NCBI GenBank assembly: GCA_951406725.2
Contig: OX597828.1
Location: forward strand, 74,276,001 to 74,340,000
From: Octopus vulgaris
Taxonomy: Eukaryota
Reading direction: 5' to 3'
DNA length: 64,000 nt
Shown here piece after piece: positions 13,550 through 64,000 of this stretch. Each line of letters opens with the position of its first letter. The stretch's first letter is position 1. Position numbers and translations under genes: made by a program. The notes under the pieces are model-generated. The model was not told where the DNA came from. It ran no database searches and saw only the letters and a list, made by a program, of their open reading frames with translations.

Positions 13550-14690
13550 GAAGAAAATGGAGAAGAAATGGATGTGTGGAGAATTTATTTGTATGTTACA
13601 AAAAGACGATTCTTTTCAAAAACATAACAGTACAAATAAATTGATTCCAGGTTGAAAAGCTCAAAAAGTATAATAAAATAAAGGAACCTACATATATGTT
13701 TCAGTCCTGCCACCTACATGATCAGAATTTCTAAGCATTTGGTTAAATGTTACAAAAGGTACCATATTCTAACTATATGGGGGTGGAACTTCTTCAGGGC
13801 TAATAGAGAGCCCGTGGGACTTAGGTAATCATTTTTCTTTTGAAGGATGCATAAAGCATTTGTGGGTAGAAAATATCAAAAGCTATATATAGTAAGTGCG
13901 TTTGACTGTTGGGTGTTATATATATATATATATATATATACATATATATATTAGTGGTTATAAGATAATATATTAAATTAATAATAATACATTAAGGGAG
14001 CAATAATTTTTAAATTTTAATTTTAATTTTTATGCATACTTTATTTGTTTGTTTTATAATTATAATATATATTATATTTATTAATTCATAAATGAACATA
14101 AGGATAAAAATCATGTTAGTGATTTTTATCAGGTAGTCAGCATGCTATAAAAATTTATAGGTAATTAATACATTAAATTAATAATAATATACTTAATTAT
14201 ATTAAGGGAGCAAGAGCGAAAACAACCTGCTGGAGATAGGTCAATTTTAGCCTTGCTCCCTTAATATATTATTATTAATTTAATATATTATCTTATAACC
14301 ACTAATATATATATAACACCCATCAGTCAAACGCACTTAATATATATAGCTTTTGATATTTTCTACCCACAAATGCTTTATGCATCCTTCAAAAGAAAAA
14401 TGATTACCTAAGTCCCACGGGCTCTCTGTTAGCCCTGAAGAAGTTCCACCCCCATATAGTTAGAATATGGTACCTTTTGTAACATTTAACCAAATGCTTA
14501 GAAATTCTGATCATGTAGGTGACAGGACTGAAACATATATGTAGGTTCCTTTATTTTATTATATTTTTTGAGCTTTTCAACCTGGAATCAATTTATTTGT
14601 ACTGTTATGTTTTTGAAAAGAATCGTCTTTTTGTAACATACAAATAAATTCTCCATACATCCATTTCCTTTCCATTTTTTCTGGGTTTTT
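13550..14690. repeat. Large inverted repeat (~450-bp arms, ~250-bp spacer), Penelope-like inverted pLTR pair
   Basis: 13553-14003 is the near-perfect reverse complement of 14253-14680; each arm holds a hammerhead motif; (TA)n follows at 14695. Confidence 0.85.
14431..14547 (+). ncRNA. Candidate type I hammerhead ribozyme with long stem II insertion (mirror copy 13685-13801, minus)
   Basis: agcc-CTGAAGA-agttc...ggact-GAAA-CATATATG-TA-ggtt: stem I agcc/ggtt, stem II base agttc/ggact, palindromic stem III ACATATATGT, GUA cleavage triplet. Confidence 0.65.
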
Positions 14691-14691
14691 C

Positions 14692-14737
<46 letters not shown>

Positions 14738-14760
14738 GCATATATATATATATATATACA

Positions 14761-14843
<83 letters not shown>

Positions 14844-14876
14844 TTTTATATATATATACATGATATATATATACAA

Positions 14877-14908
<32 letters not shown>

Positions 14909-16240
14909 AAATATACATACATACAGATATGTATATAGATGTATACACATATAGATATATATATGTGTATATATATCTATATACACATATATAGATATAT
15001 ACATACATATATATATATATACACATATATAGATATATACATATATATATATGCACATATATAGATATATATATATACATACATATATACACATATATAG
15101 ATATATACATACATATATATACACACACATATATAGATATATATACATACAGATACAGATATATATATATACATATACAGATATATATATATACATACAT
15201 ATACAGATATATATATATCTAGAGAGAGAGAGAGATATACATACATACATATAGATATGAACATACATAGATGAATGTATGTGTGTGTGTGTGTATATAC
15301 ACTTACATATACATACATATATAGATTATATTTTCCTTTATGTTTCCTCTTGTGTATTTTTTTCCTTTCTTGTCAGAGTTGAAATTCAAATTAAAGGAAT
15401 GTTGTAAGTCTCAGTTTGATTTAATGTGTGTGTGTGTGTGTGTGTGTGTTGTTTTCACATCAGGTGACAGTTGTAAACAAGCATCACCATCATACAAGCA
15501 GTGTCCTTCATTTCACATCTGTGAAAACGTCTTTGAGCACAGGGAAATATTCCCTTGCTCAGAAACAAATGAAGGTTGGTGGTAGGGAGAGCATCCAGCC
15601 ATAGAATATCAGCCTCAATGAATTCCATCTAAACCCATGCAAACATGGAGAAAGTGGATGAAGATGATGATGTTATGCTTTGGAAGGGTCATGCTGCCAA
15701 CAGACACATGCACCAGTTATGGTTCACTTCAATTTTAGTTCTAATCATAAAAATTGTTTTTCATAACTCATCTGTGATCTTTCCATTGATTTCCATTTGG
15801 AAAATTTCCGGTGATATAGCTAAAATTGAAGTAAATTACAGCTGGTGTGCCTGTGTGTGATTATTGGTAATGTGACCTTCCCAAAGAGTAACATAATTAG
15901 TTTCAACACAGCTCTGGAATGAAATAGATGACTGTGTGCATGTGTGTGTGCATGTATGTGTGTATATATGTATATATATAATAATATAAATAATATATAT
16001 ATATATGAATATATACATACATACATGTACATACATATATACATATGTGTGTGTGCAAATATATATGTATGTTAGTGTGTGCATGTGTGTATATATGTAT
16101 ATATGTGTATGCATATATATATATATATATGCATATAAATAATATATATATATGCATATAAATAATATATATATATATGCATATATATATACACACTTGT
16201 ACATACTTACATATATATGAATATACACATATACATATAT

Positions 16241-16408
<168 letters not shown>

Positions 16409-16705
16409 CCAAGTTCTCGAGCATTTCACAATCACAACTCTGATCTTGGAAACTAGGAAACAGCATCTCTTATGATGGTTGTGGTGATTACAATGACAGT
16501 GGCAGCAATGATGAACATGATGGTGATAATGATGATGATGATGATGAGGAGGAGGAGGAGGATGGTGGTGATCACCGTTGTCATGGAGATGGTTATGGTG
16601 ATGATGATGATGTGCAAAGATCAAAAAAGGTTCAATTTGAGATGTCCATTGTATTTGAACCAACAGCAGTTTGTAATTTATACTGAGAGATGTGTGTATG
16701 CGTAT

Positions 16706-16740
<35 letters not shown>

Positions 16741-16802
16741 CATATATAGATACACAAATATATATATACATACACACACAAATTTATATACAGATGTATA
16801 CA

Positions 16803-17007
16803 TTACGTTGGTGCATAATTATTGCGGGGTTTTTTCAACAAATTTTATTCAACAAAAACAATAACAACATGTAACAAAAACATCTTTAAATGATTATTCC
16901 GGTGAATGTCCACCATCCACCTCAGATACTGCTTCCCGTTTGCTTGGCAGACGGTCGGAATAATCATTTATTGGAAAAAAAGCCGCAAAGATTATGCACC
17001 AACCTAA
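16803..17007. mobile_element. Mariner-derived MITE (same family as 6992-7569) in the presumptive 3' UTR
   Basis: TIRs ttacgttggtgcataattattgcgg / ccgcaaagattatgcaccaacctaa; remnant DRLPSKREAVSEVDGGHSPE* on the minus strand. Confidence 0.85.
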
Positions 17008-17079
17008 TATATCTCTCTCTCTATATATATATATACAAATATATAGAGAGAGATGTATATTGTGTGTGAGTGTGTGTGT

Positions 17080-62817
<45,738 letters not shown>

Positions 62818-62854
62818 CTGGAAAAAGATACCATCAAAAATTGAATTTTTCATA

Positions 62855-62885
<31 letters not shown>

Positions 62886-63298
62886 GGGACGTGCGACATG
62901 GGTAGGCAAGGTAGGCAGTGCCTACCTTGAATAAAATAGATCGATAGCAATATTTTCCTTTTATGACAAAATATGCACCTAATTCAATAAAATTATGAAG
63001 GTTACTCTGATTACTATGCATAAAATGCAAAATATTTCATTTTTTTTTTTTGTCGATTAGGTAGGCATAATTCACACCTGCCTTTCAATCTCAGTATTAA
63101 AATTACGCATAAATACTGCTGTAGTACACATGCTGCGTACACTCCTACAACAACGTTTTCTATACACACTATAAAGGCAGAAATAGATCTGCCTTCAACT
63201 CAGTCACACACCTGTGTTTTGCTCATTTTTTTGTGTGTTTTACTACATAAACATCACCAACTGCCTACCCTGAGTAATTACTGACGGCAAGTGCCTGA
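62886..63298. mobile_element. MITE-like element between (TA)n tracts
   Basis: Imperfect inverted termini gggacgtgcg..gggtaggca / tgcctaccc..gcaagtgcctg. Confidence 0.45.
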
Positions 63299-63607
63299 TA
63301 TATATATATATATTTTACTAAGTTTTTCAAGGTCCAACATACATGGACATATACCCATGTAAGTCGGACCTTGGAAAACTTGATAAATTAATTATAGATA
63401 AGTATACACACTCTCTAAAAAACAAAATTAAACTTAGCCAATGATCAAGAACACAAGAAGCAATTAATTGGTTTGTATATATATGAGTATAGATATACTT
63501 TATTAATAAAGTTGCAAAGATATCAAAAAAAATGTTACTCAGAGTTTCATGTTCTTGTCCATCAGACAGTTTTGGTTAAGATTCTCAACCAAAACTGTCC
63601 ATATATA

Positions 63608-63648
<41 letters not shown>

Positions 63649-63650
63649 TG

Positions 63651-63693
<43 letters not shown>

Positions 63694-63765
63694 ATATGTA
63701 TGTGTGTGTGTGTATACAGACAGACAGAGAAAGAGATAGACAGACAGACAAAGAGATAGACAGAC

Positions 63766-63808
<43 letters not shown>

Positions 63809-64000
63809 GCACATACCCAGAGGATGGAAGAACTTGGCAAAGAGAGACAGAGAGACAGAGATGGATGGACGGACAGACAGACAGGCTGATCACACATGAT
63901 TAAACTGGAATTCAGGGACCCTATTAACCAGAGCAAACCTGAAATCATGATATTCCATTCGCTGTGTTATAAACACAGGTGTGAAAGATGTGAAACGGAA

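Noticed and set aside
63900-64000. Further upstream POMGNT1-like exon
   Set aside because: The required frame hits a stop and shows no GT13 similarity; upstream exons are probably outside the window.

Overview
AT-rich eukaryotic genomic DNA, extremely rich in microsatellites and SINEs. The repeat landscape looks like an octopus/coleoid cephalopod genome (inference, not verified). The one host gene I can support is on the minus strand. It is the 3' part (9 exons, 62817->17131, about 347 codons plus stop) of a divergent GT13-family POMGNT1-like glycosyltransferase, and every junction is GT-AG with consistent phase. Its 5' exons lie beyond the right edge. The rest is mobile DNA: several tRNA-derived SINE families, RTE and R4/Dong-type LINE fragments (the latter in (TAA)n), mariner/piggyBac/hAT-type MITEs, three non-autonomous Helitrons, a probable solo LTR and a decayed Penelope-like GIY-YIG ORF. 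The most notable unannotated signal is about ten minimal type I hammerhead-ribozyme-like motifs (CUGANGA...GAAA...UH, mostly with a palindromic stem III). They sit in Penelope-style inverted or fold-back inserts, mostly in (TA)n tracts, and one family appears to join a tRNA-type Pol III head to the hammerhead tail. Nearly all ORFs in the supplied track are microsatellite artefacts. All calls were made by eye, with no database search or folding software.
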